DNA of 64,000 nucleotides, taken from the NCBI RefSeq assembly GCF_036971445.1, contig NC_091473.1, positions 215,574,001 through 215,638,000 of the forward strand, in the 5' to 3' direction. Below, one piece after another: positions 26,152 through 39,650 of this stretch. The notes beneath the pieces were generated by a model that did not search any database, was not told where the DNA came from, and saw only the letters and a list, made by a program, of their open reading frames with translations. The translations under genes were made by a program, and so were the position numbers. The DNA comes from Narcine bancroftii (taxonomy: Eukaryota). How positions within the stretch are numbered: position 1 is the stretch's first letter; every line of letters begins with the position of its first letter.

Positions 26152-26789
26152 CCAGTATGACCCTCTTTCTGGTTGGGCTATCCACACACTTGTTAATGAA
26201 ACTCTCCCACAGTCACGTAACAAATTCTGCCCCACCTAGACCTCTGGTGCTAAGCACGTCCCAGTCAATAATGGTGAGATTAATGTCTCCCACTGTGACA
26301 ATCCCATTACTTCTGCAGCTACCTATAAATTTAATCCCTACCTGTTCCCCCTTCCTCCTACTGATTACGAAGAGGCCCACGGTGATTCAGATTTCAGATT
26401 TATTGTCAGAGAGTACACACATGACATCACATACAACCCTGAGATTTCTTTTTCCTGCAGGCATGGTAGAATTATCAATAACTGGAAGTGCATAAATAAG
26501 GTGTGCACAGTATAAAACAAAGATCTGTATCTAGATAACGAATGTCAACAAAGTTACTGTGCAATACAGAGAGAATAAAAAGAAAATCAACAAAGTGTAC
26601 AATCCTTAAATGAGTCTCTGATTGAGTTTGTCATTGGGGAGTCTGATGGTGGAGCGGTAGCGGCTGTTCCTGAACCTGGTGGTGCGAGTCTTGTGGCACC
26701 TGTACGTCTTTCCTGATGGCAACAGCAGGAACAGATCGTGTGCTGGATTAAAGCCTGTAGTGAAGCCTTTTCTGTGTTTTGTTTCTGCT

Positions 26790-28645
26790 TGCTGCACCAC
26801 AGGGCACCACATGCTGCAACAGTGGGTGGATCACCAATGGTGGCTACTCGCTTTCTTCAGCAAACACATCCGACCACCCGAGTTGAAGTACAGTGCTTTT
26901 GATCACGAACTGCTGGCAATGTACCTGGCCATACGCCATTTCTGGTGCATCCTCAAAGACCGAGTGTTGACGGCCTACAGGGACCACAAGCTGCTGGGTA
27001 AAGTCTGGAACCCCTGGTCAGTAAGGCCTTTCATACATCTTTCATACTTTTCATACATCTCCGAATCTACAATGGACATCCGCCACGTAGCGGGGAAGTC
27101 CGACTTGGTACCTGATGCACTGTCCAGGCCAACAATTTTCAAGGTGACAGGTGCATCGACACAGCTCAGCTCGCCAGGGACCAGGCTGAAGATGCTGACG
27201 CATAGACATACCATACCGCCATCACCAGCCTACAAATTGAAGAGTTTGCACTGGACCCAGGAGGCCCAACATTCCTGTGTGATAAGTCTACAGGCTACCC
27301 TAGGTCAATCCTGCCCGCAACCTGGAGACAGCAAGTATTCAATCAAGTACATGGACTCTCTCATCCTTCCATCCAGTCAACAGTGTGCCTCATATCGGAC
27401 AGGTTTGTATGGCATGGGCATCGGCACGAAGTTTCCCTTTGGGCAAAAACCTGTGTACAATGCCAGTGAGCCAAAGTCCATCAGCACACTAAAGGCCCAA
27501 TGCAACGTTTCCTGCCTGAGGTGGACAGGTTTGACCACATGCACGTGGACATTGTAGGGCCCCTTCCCATCAGCCAGGTGATGAAGTACCTTTTCATCGT
27601 GGTTGACCGCTTTACACGCTGGCCAGAGACGGTGCCCTTGTCGGACTGTGACACGGAGACCTCTGTGAGGGCCATTACCTCACAGTGGGTTGCTCATTTT
27701 GGTGTCCCTTCCCACATAACTTTGGACCAGGGAGCCCAGTTTACCTCAGGGCGACAATGGCCAAATTCTGCGGCAGCGAGCTACACCACATAACTGCCTA
27801 TCAACCCCAATCCAATGGGCTGGTAGAGCTGTTTCACCGCCACCTAAAAGCAGCCATCAAATGACAGCTGCATGGGCCCAACTGGATGGATGAACTCCCA
27901 TGGGTCCTGCTGGGCATCCGCACAGTGCGGCGGAAATGGTCTACAGCGCACCGCTCTCAATCCCAGGCAACGCCCATTTCAGCTCCACGGTACCACCACC
28001 GAATACCCTGGACGTCCTACAGCGGCTGAGGAACCACAGCGCCTACCCATGTCTGCATCCTACCACCACCCACGGGACGCCAACCAGCCACGTCCCACAA
28101 GAACTCAAAGGCACGGATATTGTCTTTGTAAGACACGGCAAACCAGGTACCTCCCTGCAGTGCCCTTATAAAGGCCTTTCAAGATACTGAGAAGGGAGGG
28201 GGGTGTATATGCTCTAGAAATTGAAGGCAGGCACGACATGTTTACAAGAAAGCCCACTTGGACTGTTCAGAGCCTTTCCCTGCCTCTACACTATGGCTCT
28301 GGGTACACCTGCCAAAGACAATCTCCCAAACCTCACCCAAAGAGGTGTGGGGGTGGGGGGGGGGGGACAGTGTGTGTAGTGGGCTGGGTTGCTGTAGTGA
28401 ACAGCCAGAGCAGCAGGGCACAGGGCTTTCCCCCCACCCCCCACCGCGCAGAGGTTCCAGGCTGCAGCAGCGCATTGTCGGGGAACGGCCAAGCCTCACA
28501 GCAGTATGATGACATCACTCCTGTGAGCCTGTCTCCTCCCTGAAAAAGGAAGCTGCGTGGTTTGAATAAACGGCAGTTACTGGTTTACTTGCTTGGTGCA
28601 GACAGCATTTATTTCAGTAGCTCTGCCTTTGGCAGTGCGACACAC
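26790..28645 (+). mobile_element. Second Gypsy remnant (RNase H-integrase, PPT, 3' LTR)
   Basis: LAFFSK...YSAFDHELLAMYLAIRHF, HVAGKSDLVPDALSR and HVDIVGPLP...VDRFTRWPE...ITLDQGAQFTS. A G-run at ~28350-28367 is followed by an LTR-like segment with AATAAA at ~28565. Confidence 0.82.
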
Positions 28646-31600
28646 AGTCTTTTTTACATGGGGGAGGGACGACTTCTGAGGAAAGATTTTAAACGTACCT
28701 GAAGAACAACTTTCTTGCTGTGCATTTGGAACGTGTTGCCAGTGGAAGTGGTAGAGGTGCGTACCATTGTAAAATTTAAAATATCCATATATGTTGGCAT
28801 ATAAGATGGTAATTGAATCTTAAAAATGTCACGCCAAAACCAGGGGTCATCTTGTGCACCAAGAATAATATCTGAACCTTAAAACTCCTACCGTCCTACC
28901 AGTAAATAATTTTTTCCTGAACCTTGTGTTTGAGAAGCTGGATTAATAGTAAAGATATATTTAAACAATAAAAATATAATAAACCTGCCAAACAAACCTT
29001 ACAACAGCACAGAAAAATGAAGTGAACAGCATTAACCAGTGGCTGTTAGCAACAACTGACGATCCATTCGCCCAGTCTGACTACCATTGACTTAAAACAT
29101 CCTGTTAAAGGAGACAATGGTGGTTTCTTTTAAAATATGTTAATAAAATTTAAACCTTTGCTGGGTAATATGCTTTTAAAATATTGTTTCAGCATTACTC
29201 CTCTGGTCAGTGGTATGTTTGGTCAAGGACTATTGGGCAATAAGCCCTCAGTGGAAAGTGCCAGACTTGAAGTTGTCTTGTATGCTACCTCGACACCAAC
29301 ATTTTAGGTGGAAATACTGGGGGTTATCTGATACATGACTCGTCTTATATGCTGACATATATGGTTCTCAGAAAGTGTGTGGACAAGAAATTCTTTGATG
29401 GATATGGCTGAATATAGGAACATTGGAATAAATGGGGCAGACAATTGGGTCGGCAGGGCTAAATTGGGCATTGAAGTCTGTTTCAGTGCTTTAAAGCTCC
29501 ATGACTCTGTCTTGCTTGTGAAATTCTAGGGTGAACGATTTGATTTGCATATTTTGGAATAGAAAGGTATGTTTGGTACATCAATTCAATGTCATCCTTC
29601 GAATCATTTGGAACAGTCACGTTGCCCCTCTTAATTCATCTAAATTCCCTCTCAGTTGCCCATCATCCTTCACTGATTCTTCTTGGTTCAAGATATAATG
29701 TACAGAATCAAATTAGCTGGCAGCAGGTCTCTGGTTTATGTGGGAGGAAATCGGGGCAACTGGTTAACCCTCACACAGTCACATGCAGATTCCACCCAAT
29801 TCGCACTCAGGGTCATATCTGAATCCAGATGACTGCATCAGCCACTGCAACTCAATCCTGGGACGGTCCCTTCTTTGAGAATCTCCATCCTGGAAAATTC
29901 CAATCCTATGACACATCGTCTTGGGAATAATCTCACCCCCGTGAGACTCCATCCTGAGAATAATCCTCCCCTGTCCAACGCCATCTCAGTACACTCGCAT
30001 GCTGTGAAATTCCATGCTAGAAATATTTGATTTTGCAGAGGACTGGATGACTCGACCTGTCAAGTCGGTGGTGATTCACAGATCATTCCTTTCTGTTGCT
30101 TTCTCCCTTCTATTTCCCGTTCACTGTTCTCTCTCCCACTCTCCAACAACCCCTCACTGCTCTGGCATTTATCTGAATTGGCATCAATTTTCTATCACCA
30201 ATGAGCCCACCAGCATATCTTGGAGATCAATTCTGCACAGTTGGGGAATAAAGGGTCCTGGGGTAAGTTGGAAAGTGAAGTCCATGGCCTGATCAGCCAT
30301 GATATATGTAAATGGCAGAGCATTCTCGACGGGCTGGATGGCCTGATCCTGCTCCAGTTCTCATGTGTGAAGATCCTTCAGCATCCAGGAAAACAATAAC
30401 ATCACGTGGAGAATGTGTGGAGAAAAATTCAAAGTCTCTTGGTCACTGAAACTGTGCCACAGCAGCACTAACTGCTGCAGTGCTCTGCGCCTACTCTGTG
30501 AATTCTATCTGCCCTTTGAACCTCCAACTGGGAATATCCCCATCATGTGAAACACCCTGGTGACAATATCCCTGCTTTGTGAAATTCCACCTGCATGGAA
30601 AAACACCAATTCCTCCAATTTACTGCCTCCCTCCTCCCTCCCTCCCCACTGTGGACTGGGCAGAAGTTGATTTTCACAACTTGGCTCCACTTTGTACAAA
30701 CAGAGTGTCTGATTCATTGGCTGAGAGGAGCTGAAACACAAAAACAGGAAACAGAATTTGAGGCCATATTTGTGAGCAAGGATGTCTTTAAAATACACCG
30801 GAAGATTAGCCGTTCTTATTCACAGTGGGAGAGGAGATGGCAGGTCAATGTTCAGAGCTGATACTTGTGGAGAGGAGCAGAGGCCAGTAGCCTGGTAAGG
30901 TCCTTCTTTGTTCCACTTCCTGGGTTTGTCGATGGCTAAATTATGAGGGTGGGAGGGAGTCTGGTTGCTCAGTGACAGGTGTTGTTTGTTGGCTGCTGAC
31001 ACCACGCTGCTGTGAAAGATGGAAGGAAGTTGACAAAGTGTCATAGGTGCACAAGGTGGGGAGGGGTGGGGAGTGAGAGGGAGGACATTGGGGAGAAATC
31101 TATTATTAACCAGGAAAAAAACGGAGGAAACGTACAAAAAGGAGTGATTTGAAGTGGAAGGCAGAGGGGAGCTGAGTGCATGGATCAGGAGAGAGAAAGA
31201 GGGAGCACGAGGAAGTGGAGGGAATGAAGGCGTAGAATGGCAGATACACCAACATGATTTTTAATTTACTGGATGTCATAAAGAAACTGCATGATTTGGG
31301 CACAAGTTCCAGTCAAACAGCAGCTGGGAGGTCAAAGTTCATTCCATTAAATGTGTGGAATGAAGGGCCTGTGTCAGTGGTTTTGACATTTTAAAAGAAA
31401 TTGGATTTTAAATCTGACACTGACAGGCTTCAGTGACGATTATCTGCTGACTTTACCTGGCCTGATCTGTACATGACTCCAGACACCGCAGTGCAGTAGC
31501 TGATCGTTTGCTGTGAACTGGCACAGTGAGCCACCCAGTTCAAGAGCCATTAGGGATGGAAACAAATACTGGACCTCTCCACATCTTATGAATGAAGAAA

Positions 31601-31659
31601 TAAATGTCACGCATTTTTATACTGTGATATGACTGATTCACCTCGATGTTTTCTTCTAT

Positions 31660-31890
31660 GTTGGGGCGGAATGGTCGGCGGAGTGATTAGCTCAACTCTA
31701 TTGTGGCACCAGTGGCCTGGTTTGACTCCGGCACTGTCCGTCAGGAGTTTGTATGTTCACCCCACATCTTTGTGGGGTTCCTCCGGGTCCTCTGGTTTAC
31801 TCGCACCCTTCAAAACATGTGGATGTTTAGCAATAACATAAGGGGTACCGGAAGTGCCTGTTTCCGTGCTGTCCTTATGTTTAAATTTAA
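31660..31890 (+). mobile_element. tRNA-derived SINE (paralogous position to the 20270 copy)
   Basis: Same core as the other SINE copies, inside the duplicated block. Confidence 0.6.
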
Positions 31891-33459
31891 TAGATCTATC
31901 CCATTGGATTGGGATTGATTCCTGATCTAAATTGCAATGTAATTAATTCATTGTTATGTAATTTAATGACTGTTTCATTGTTTCCATGGAAACAGGATGG
32001 ACAAATTGTTTTCATCTGTATAACTGGCTGTGGATGGTTTACCCATGGGGCAGGTCATCTCCACCAAGTCCTGTTCCAAGGTCAGATTCACCCTTTGTTT
32101 GTTCCTGTGATTTATTCCCCCAGGATCTGAGTTCAGGCCATAATCCACACCCACCTGCTCTGCACTTTGGGTTTTGGGGACTGGGATTCTCTCCCAATAG
32201 GTTATTTTTGGTGCAGTCTCTCAAATCTTATCCAGGTATAAATTATGAACCATGGGCATTTGTCTGGGGTCACATTGTGAATTTGATCCTCTTCATTTTC
32301 TAAAATAACTGATATTCTTGTATGAATTGTTTCTCATACATGGGAATCAGACCATTCTCCAAGATAAAACATATGTCCCTCATGACGTTGGATGAGGAGA
32401 TTAATTATATTCACATCATTAAAATCATGTTGCCTTGCCCTGTGCTAACTGATCTCTATCTGTAACGTTGCTCTTATACTGTGTTTTACTTGCTGTACAA
32501 TCTACGAAATGACCAGCTGGACTGTTTGCAAAAAAAGCTTTCTCAGTGCACTTCAGGGCATGTGCCAATAAAGTAACTTGTGTCTTCATAATTAACTGTG
32601 CCATCTGGCCCTAGGCCGGGGTCTGCTGTTTCCTGTTATCTGCAATTTCAGAGGTGACCCCATGACTAGGTGTATTCTTCCCGTATCTCATCCTGGTGCA
32701 TTCATTTCCAAAATGCCTGCCCCTTGGACTTAGTTCACTTGCATCAGATGCTGGTGTTTATTACCCACATATGTGTGATGTCCTGCTCTATTCTTGGTTG
32801 CTATTAATCCTGACGCTGTCCATGCATTGTCGTGCTCTCCTCAGCGTCCTTCTTGGGATGCAATGCCCCGATGTTTCCACTGTGGGAAATCCCTTATGAA
32901 TGTGAGCAGTGAGAATGTGACGACATTCAAACATTACAAGCTGCAAATCTCTGTGATATTTGTTCTGGGGGGTGTCCACGTGCTAGCTGGAAATGGTGGT
33001 AGGTGAACTAACTCCCAGATGTGGTGAGGGAATTAAGATGGGACAGGTATTTTTTTTTCACTTTAATCATCCATTTTTTAATATATCTGATTTTAAATCA
33101 AAACATACACTCCAGCAAAAAACTGAAAAATAAGCCACAGGCAATGATTTCAACAACAACTTATTTACAAAAGTCGACATACCAAGACCCCAAGCACTGA
33201 CCCACCCTCCACCACGTTGCTTCAAACTCCTCTCCTGTCCCCAGATCACTTTCCTGCTCCACAATATCAATACACCCTCTCCCTCTGCCCTCTTCATTGT
33301 CACTGGCCCCACTTGCATTCCCAAAAATTAAACCTGCCTGCCTCTCCCCACCCATCCACTGTCACACACCCTGACATTTTCCCACTGCTATGACCCCTCC
33401 TGTCCCTCCCTCCCTCTCCCAACCCAATTCTTTTCCAGGATCCCCAGTGCATAGAAAGG

Positions 33460-33465
33460 TTTATT
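33460..33465 (-). terminator. Poly(A) signal for membrane-form Ig mRNA
   Basis: AATAAA on the minus strand, ~125 nt after the TM2 stop. Confidence 0.6.
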
Positions 33466-33590
33466 TCCTGAAATGAGCGTTGCAGTGCAGTAGCCTAGGA
33501 TTGCTGAGGGAATGAGAGGGAGAATCCATTTCAGAACATCAGCAGCTTCACCGGGATTTCCTGACGGAAGGTGGTGCGTGTATCCGTTGG

Positions 33591-33602
33591 TCATTGCTGT
33601 AC
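33591..33602 (-). CDS. IgW: IgW heavy chain TM2 exon (cytoplasmic tail V-Q-Q-stop)
   Basis: Strong acceptor tctcacttctctgtccacattccag|GTA CAG CAA TGA. It is phase 0, matching the TM1 donor after AAG, and analogous to the V-K-stop TM2 of IgM. Confidence 0.7.
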   Translation of the reverse strand, partial: VQQ

Positions 33603-34208
33603 CTGGAATGTGGACAGAGAAGTGAGATATTGTGTTTTGTAAGAGGCAGCACAGACCATGACCTGGAAGGATGGGTAAAATAAATAAAGGGGACTGTCCT
33701 TATTCGAGGAGACGGACCCTCCGAGACGGGTGGTTCCCCCCTTTTCTAGGACCCTCCTGGTTAAGGGGTCTGTCACACTTACAGATAATGGATCCCATGG
33801 GAAAATGGTCTATTTTTCTTCTAGGAGATGGTTCCTCACGGACAGGTGGTCTCTCAACATTCTCTGAGGAGGTCCCTAAAGGAGCAGCAGTCTGAAGCCC
33901 AGTTGGGGTCTGAAGTGAGATCTGCCCTCGGGCTCAGGTTTTCGGAGCAGAGATCTTCCTTGTTCACATGAACACAACTCTTGTTTGATTTCAATGCTGG
34001 AGCCCAGGATCATTGTCCCAAACACTCAGCAACGTTCTGTCACATTTGCTATGTCAAAGCCCAGTAATGTCCCAGGGTTGTGCAGGCCCCCCGACTGCAT
34101 CCGCTGTTGATTGTGCTATAGTTGGGATTCGAAAATCCGAGAACACAATGTAGTGAGAAATGGAAGCTGGGCTTCATGGGTTATCTCTGATATTGGTCAT
34201 TTGGTTAC

Positions 34209-34351
34209 CTTGACCACAGTGACAAAGGTGCTGTAGAGGAAACTGATAATGAACAGAATGGCGAAGGCAGCAACTGTAAGCACGTTGTCATCTCCATCCA
34301 ACTCTCCTGGTTCTTCCTTTCCTTCCTCTCCTATCAATTCAGTGCAGGCTT
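34209..34351 (-). CDS. IgW: IgW heavy chain TM1 exon (acidic spacer + transmembrane helix)
   Basis: Acceptor ctttcttgatcactgcag|AA (phase 1). Encodes EACTELIGEEGKEEPGELDGDDNVLTVAAFAILFIISFLYSTFVTVVK, which has the antigen-receptor CART pattern (F..LF..S..YST.VT..K). Donor AAG|gtaacc. Confidence 0.92.
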
Positions 34352-35692
34352 CTGCAGTGATCAAGAAAGCAGGAAAGTTAGTTTCCCACATATGTTTCAT
34401 GAAGACCAACAACGTCTCAATAAAATGAAGACAGCAAGAGGACATGAGCCATTTCATGAGGTTGTGGATGATCTGGAACCAATTGTGTTATCTGACTTTA
34501 CCATTAAAACCTTGGGTCAGCAAAAATTCCAGAATCTCAGTGTGAAAATAACCTTTGGATCTAGCATCGATTGCGTCCTTGTAAAACGGTGTGAACATAT
34601 CTGTAAAACTCTTCCCTCCAAAATGTCTGAGGGACAAATGTGAGACCTGAATTGCATTAAAGTGAGAAAAAAGTTGCAGGACTGACATTCACTTTTTTTG
34701 GAGGATGGAGTTCTCTGTTCAGACAAAGTTCTGAACCTTAGAGCGATGAAAAAACATGAGCAAGTTCAAGGTGGAACTTTGGCCCAGTCACTGTTCCCAC
34801 TCATTGCTGAATGAAGCACAATATCTTCTCCAAAAGCAGGGCAGGCATTCTCCACATGAAGAAGCAGCTATTTCAAAGGATATGGAGTTTGTTCTCTGTT
34901 ATTTCAACCTACAATTCATTGGCATATTCCAGGGGTCCCTGGAGGTACTTTCTGGAAGCAGGTTTGCATTCACGACAAGTGCAGCTTCTGAAGTACCATG
35001 GAAGCTTATGGAATTCTGAAGACACAGCCTGTTGAATGACTTGAATTACAAAATTACCTGGGAGGGTAACAGAGCCAGGACAGTAACTGTGGTTTTGGAA
35101 ACTGCGCTTACTCGGTCTATAACTGATAACACCGAGTGGCTGTTTGAATCACTTCCCATCCAGCAGCCGATGACGAGCCGGCTCCTAGAAAGGCAGGACG
35201 CTGCTGAACAAAATTTTGATTTGCCTGTATTGTTGAATGACAGAATCCCAGTGGACACTCATTATGATTACTCCATTAACTTTGTTTTTACCATATGGTT
35301 TTCAGCGAATTCCGGAACCATAAATGGAACGAGAGAGTGGCGACCTTTTGCTATGCCTGGATAGCATGCAAAACAGTTTTTAAACTGCATCTTGGTGCAC
35401 AGAACAATAAAAAATACACGAAATCAATGAAACAAAAAAAAATAATGTCTTCTAATTATCTCTGTCATTTTCCTTTAACATCCTGAAAACATTGAATGTG
35501 TCTTCCTTCAGCTTTCCAGATTTCAGAGAATACACCATCATTTAACTATCTCACCTTGTAATTTACCCGTGAGGGTCCAGGTCTGTCCAGCTGGAATTTC
35601 CTGTCCTGGTTGTGGTATCCAAACTGCTCAGTACTGTACACGTGTTCTAACCTACAGCATAACTCTCCCCCTTGCTGTCCTGTCCTCCTGAT

Positions 35693-37915
35693 ATAAAGAA
35701 ATTGAGCCTGTTCACTATTCAACAAGATTATGGGTGATCTGGACCTGGAATTAGTTCCAAATACCTGCCTGTTCCCCATAACCCCCTTGATTCCCCCACA
35801 ATGCAAAACTCTGTCTTGAATATATCTAATGAGCAGGTCTCTACAACTTCCTTGGGCAGAGAATTCCACCGATTTTCTGTGCTCTAGGAAAAGCAGATCC
35901 TCATTATCAATTACAACCTTGGATGGCATTGAGTTTGATTTTTTCTTTCCTTTTTTTCTCTTTCTTTACTTTTTATGCAACTCTTTGTACAAATACATAT
36001 TGGACTGGGAGTTAAGAGTAAGTATTATTGTCATAATATATGCTTTAACCTCAAATGTGTAATAGTCTCAAGCAATGGATTTATTATATATTTGTTTTTT
36101 CTGACAAAACAATAAAAATAAATTTAAAAAGACAATATATCTTATGAGTAGATCTTCACAACTTCCTTGGGCAGGGAATTCCACTCTCGACACTCTCTGA
36201 AAAGCAGATCCTCATCATCTCTCTCCTAAATATATTCCCCCAAGTCTTCATGAGATGTTCCTTGTTCTAATTTCACCTGCCAGAGCAGGAACTTATCTAT
36301 CTCTGTTATCTATCTCTTTTAGAATTTTGCACATTTCTATAAGATCCCCTCTCATTTTTCTTAATACCAGTGAATACAATCCTCTCTGTAAAAGGGAGTT
36401 AATCCTCAGTGGCTGGCACGACGTAACAAACACAGATAGATGTTTCATACCTTTGTTGTGAACATCTTGAATATTGTGTGTAACTGTGGTTGGTTAAGTA
36501 TTAAATGTGGAGGGGGTAAGGTGGCGATGGGGGGGGGAGAGTGTGAAAGGGATCGAGAAAGCTTGAACTCCTCAGAAATTCTTGTATTGAATTGATAATT
36601 TTTAACTGTAATCAATGTTGATATTGTCAACATTAACATCGATAAGATGGATAATTGTTTAAGTCTAGAAAATTATAAATAGAATATTAAAGAAAAGAGT
36701 TAATCAGCACTTCTATCTTTAAACCATTCTCCCGAATCTTGAGGTTAGGGCCCCCCCCAATCAGTGGAAATAAATTTCCTGCCACATCTGATCTATCCCT
36801 TTCATAATTTTACCTTTCTGTATGATCCCCTCTGTTAGGTCTGCTTTGTTCATGAATGAGTGAGTCAAACACCAGACTGAGTCAAAATCAAGGTTCTTTG
36901 TTCTTTATTGCCGGATTGTAACACTTGCAACTAACAGTGTTAGTTGGAGAAGGCGCATTCTGCCATTATCAGCAAGTGGTGTTTTTTATATACCTTAGGA
37001 TACGTACTTAGTAAATTATCATACCATGACATTGTCCAATGAATAAACTGTTGCTATCCTTCTCTGCTAGTTTCCTGCACATCAATTTGTCATCCCCACT
37101 CTTATCTTGAGAGTACAAGGTTACAACTGCATCTTGTTACGGCCCAGCACTGGGTGACTCCTTCTACATTCCCAGCTCATGATGTTTTTACCTAACACCT
37201 CTCATTCTTCTTAATTCCAGTGACTATATTCCCAGCGACTCAATCTCCCCTTACAGGATGAACCTTTCTTTGCTGGAATCAACCTGATGAACCACTGCTT
37301 CCTATCCAGTATATCCTTCCTTCTCACATATGGAGACTCAAACTCCAGGTGCAGCTTCACCTGAACCCTGTTCAGCTCCAGCAGATCCTACCTCTCTTCA
37401 ATTCAATCCCTCCGGAAGTGAAGGCCCACATCCCATTTCCCTTCTTCATTACCTCTTGCATCTGCAAATTAACCTTTGTGATTCATTCGCAATCATTGCC
37501 AACTCCCTCTGGATCAGAACATACGGTAAATATTCACCATTAAAAAAAATAACCTGATCTATTATTTTCTTCCACCGTGAATGATCTCAGATTTTACAAC
37601 TTGACAGACCCTTCTCCACTCATTAGTCTGTCTTTCTCTTCAGACTCTGCATTCTTTCCACAATTTTTCTCCTGTATATATGGATGACATGGTTAGCATA
37701 GCAATCAGCACAATGCCTTTACAGCGCCAGCGATTGTGACCGGAGTTAAAATCCCGGGCTGTCTGTATGGAGTTTTCATATTCTCCTCATGTCTGCGTGG
37801 ATTTTTCCTGGGGGATCCAGTTTCTTCCCACTGTTTGAAACCAGAGGTGAGGGTTCATTGGGTGTAAATTGTGTGCCAAGGGCTTGTGGCCGAAATGGCC
37901 TGTTTCTGCAATGTT
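35693..37915. repeat. Segmental duplication copy 1 (direct repeat of 42795-46335), built from CR1 3' fragments, unique DNA and a SINE
   Basis: Long colinear near-identity, e.g. attgagcctgtt...atgcaaaactctgtcttgaatatatctaatgagcaggtctctacaa and ccaggtgcagcttcacctgaaccctgttcagct..., in both copies. Confidence 0.9.
36833..37197 (-). mobile_element. Solo LTR (365 bp)
   Basis: 8-bp terminal inverted repeat tgttaggt/acctaaca and 4-bp TSD cctc. The empty site atcccctctcattc is present in the paralog at ~45601. TATA and AATAAA lie on the minus strand. Confidence 0.88.
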
Positions 37916-37959
37916 TTATTCTTACAGCAAGCTGGGGAACTTTTACATCACGAGTGCCC

Positions 37960-38990
37960 TCACCACATCTAAAAGTAAAGTTGTTCACCCCTTCTGTCAT
38001 GTACCTGAGTCTGTTCAGAAGGCTCTAACATGTTACTCTGTTTTTGCTTCCACCACTATCCCTGTTCCAGGCACCAACCACCGTCTGAGTGAAAGATCTT
38101 GCTAAAACTTGCTCTTGTTCGGGTTAAACACGTTCTCTTGTGTGTTACATGTTTAGCTTTGGGAAAAGACAATGACAGTCTACATTCTCAATGCCATTCA
38201 TGATTCTATTTGCATGCAGTTCTCCAAGTGACTCCAACCTGACTTATATAGCAGCCACATGTCTTGCTCACTTTGGTACTGAATGCTCCACCAGAAGAAG
38301 ACAAGCAGACCACACCCCTTCTTCAGCACCTTCGGTACTTTTCAAGGAGCTGTGGATCCCAGATCTCTTTGCACATCCATGCTTTGAAGAGTCCTGCCAT
38401 GAACTGACTTTCCAAAGTTCAAAAACTCACATTTGTCTGGATCAAACTCCATCTGCCATTTCTCTGCCCATATCTGTAACTGATTTACATCTGTTATATT
38501 CTTTGTCCACAACTCCACAGAATCATCTCCAAATGTACTGACCCACACACGTACATTTTGATCCAGGTCATTTATGTACACCACAAACAAAAGGATTCCC
38601 AAGACCTTTCCCTCTGGAACACCATGGGTGACGGGCTTCCACAACCACCTTCACTTTTCAAGGGGCCAGACACTTCTGAATCCATACTATCATTCACTGT
38701 CGATTTAATGCATCCTATCTTTCTGGATCAGTCTATTGTGAGGGACCTTCTCAAATGCCTCATTGAAATTCATGAGGTCAAGATCCAGTGCCCCACCCTC
38801 ATCGACCATCTCTGTTACTTCTTCAAAAAATATCATTCACATAATTAAGACATGATCTACACCACGTAAAGCCAAGTTGATCTGACCATGATGCTCAAAA
38901 TGTGCACATATACACTATCCTCAAGTCTCTTTTGGTGAGGTTCCCACCACAGATTGGATGTTACTGGAGTATAATTTCCTGGAATACCCT
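37960..38990 (-). mobile_element. Decayed CR1 RT fragment
   Basis: ORF 38342..38644 (VTHGVPEGKVLGILLFVVYINDLD...WAEKWQMEFDPDKCE). Confidence 0.75.
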
Positions 38991-39445
38991 TATTTCCCTT
39001 CTTGGCCACTCTCTACAGAAATAATTAGGGGAAAAAGTGTGGAGCGTATCACCAGTCCAGAAATAACATCTTATCTCCAAATGGACCATAACATTGCTTG
39101 TGTTTGTCCTTTTGCAAAGAACACAAAACTCTGTGAATTGGATCAGGACTGGTCTCTCAGCTGCAGTCACTTGAGAACAAATAGTGAATTAGGGCTTCTG
39201 CAGAATGTTACATTCACAACGCTGTTCAAATTGTGAACCATGTGATCAGATGCTGTTCTCCATACAAGGAAGAGTGACATTCTGGAGATACCCTCTCTTT
39301 CCTCAATGGAATTAATTGGTGGTGCAATCATGACCTGGATTTCCTGGACTCTAATACTAAAGGACAGCATGCCTGTGGATGGATGTACATCACGCCAATG
39401 CAAACCGACTCCAACTGAGTTTCATTGAAGCGTTGAAACTTCGTG

Positions 39446-39650
39446 ATGGACCTCTTCTCCAGTGTTGACAAAAACCTGAACAAATACAAGTACTCAGCCT
39501 GACTCCACCCATCTGCAGTGAGTCAGCCAAATAAACCTTTGACCCTGTTCCTCTTCGGCCCAAGTCTTCACGTCCCAGGTTACCCTGAACTGCTCAAAAT
39601 CAATGAGGGCCAGCTCACACAAAGTGGCCATCATCCTCTTCCTTCAGTTG
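39446..39650 (-). pseudogene. Decayed duplicate of IgW C5 exon (pseudo-C5')
   Basis: The minus strand reads ATLCELALIDFEQFRVTWDV versus C5 TILCEVVHGDLEGFRVTWQV. Shared DNA blocks are ccaggttaccctgaa, agtactcag and atggacctcttctccRgtgttgRcaaa. It is about 47 bp shorter between anchors, has an in-frame stop, and has no clear splice sites. Confidence 0.8.
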
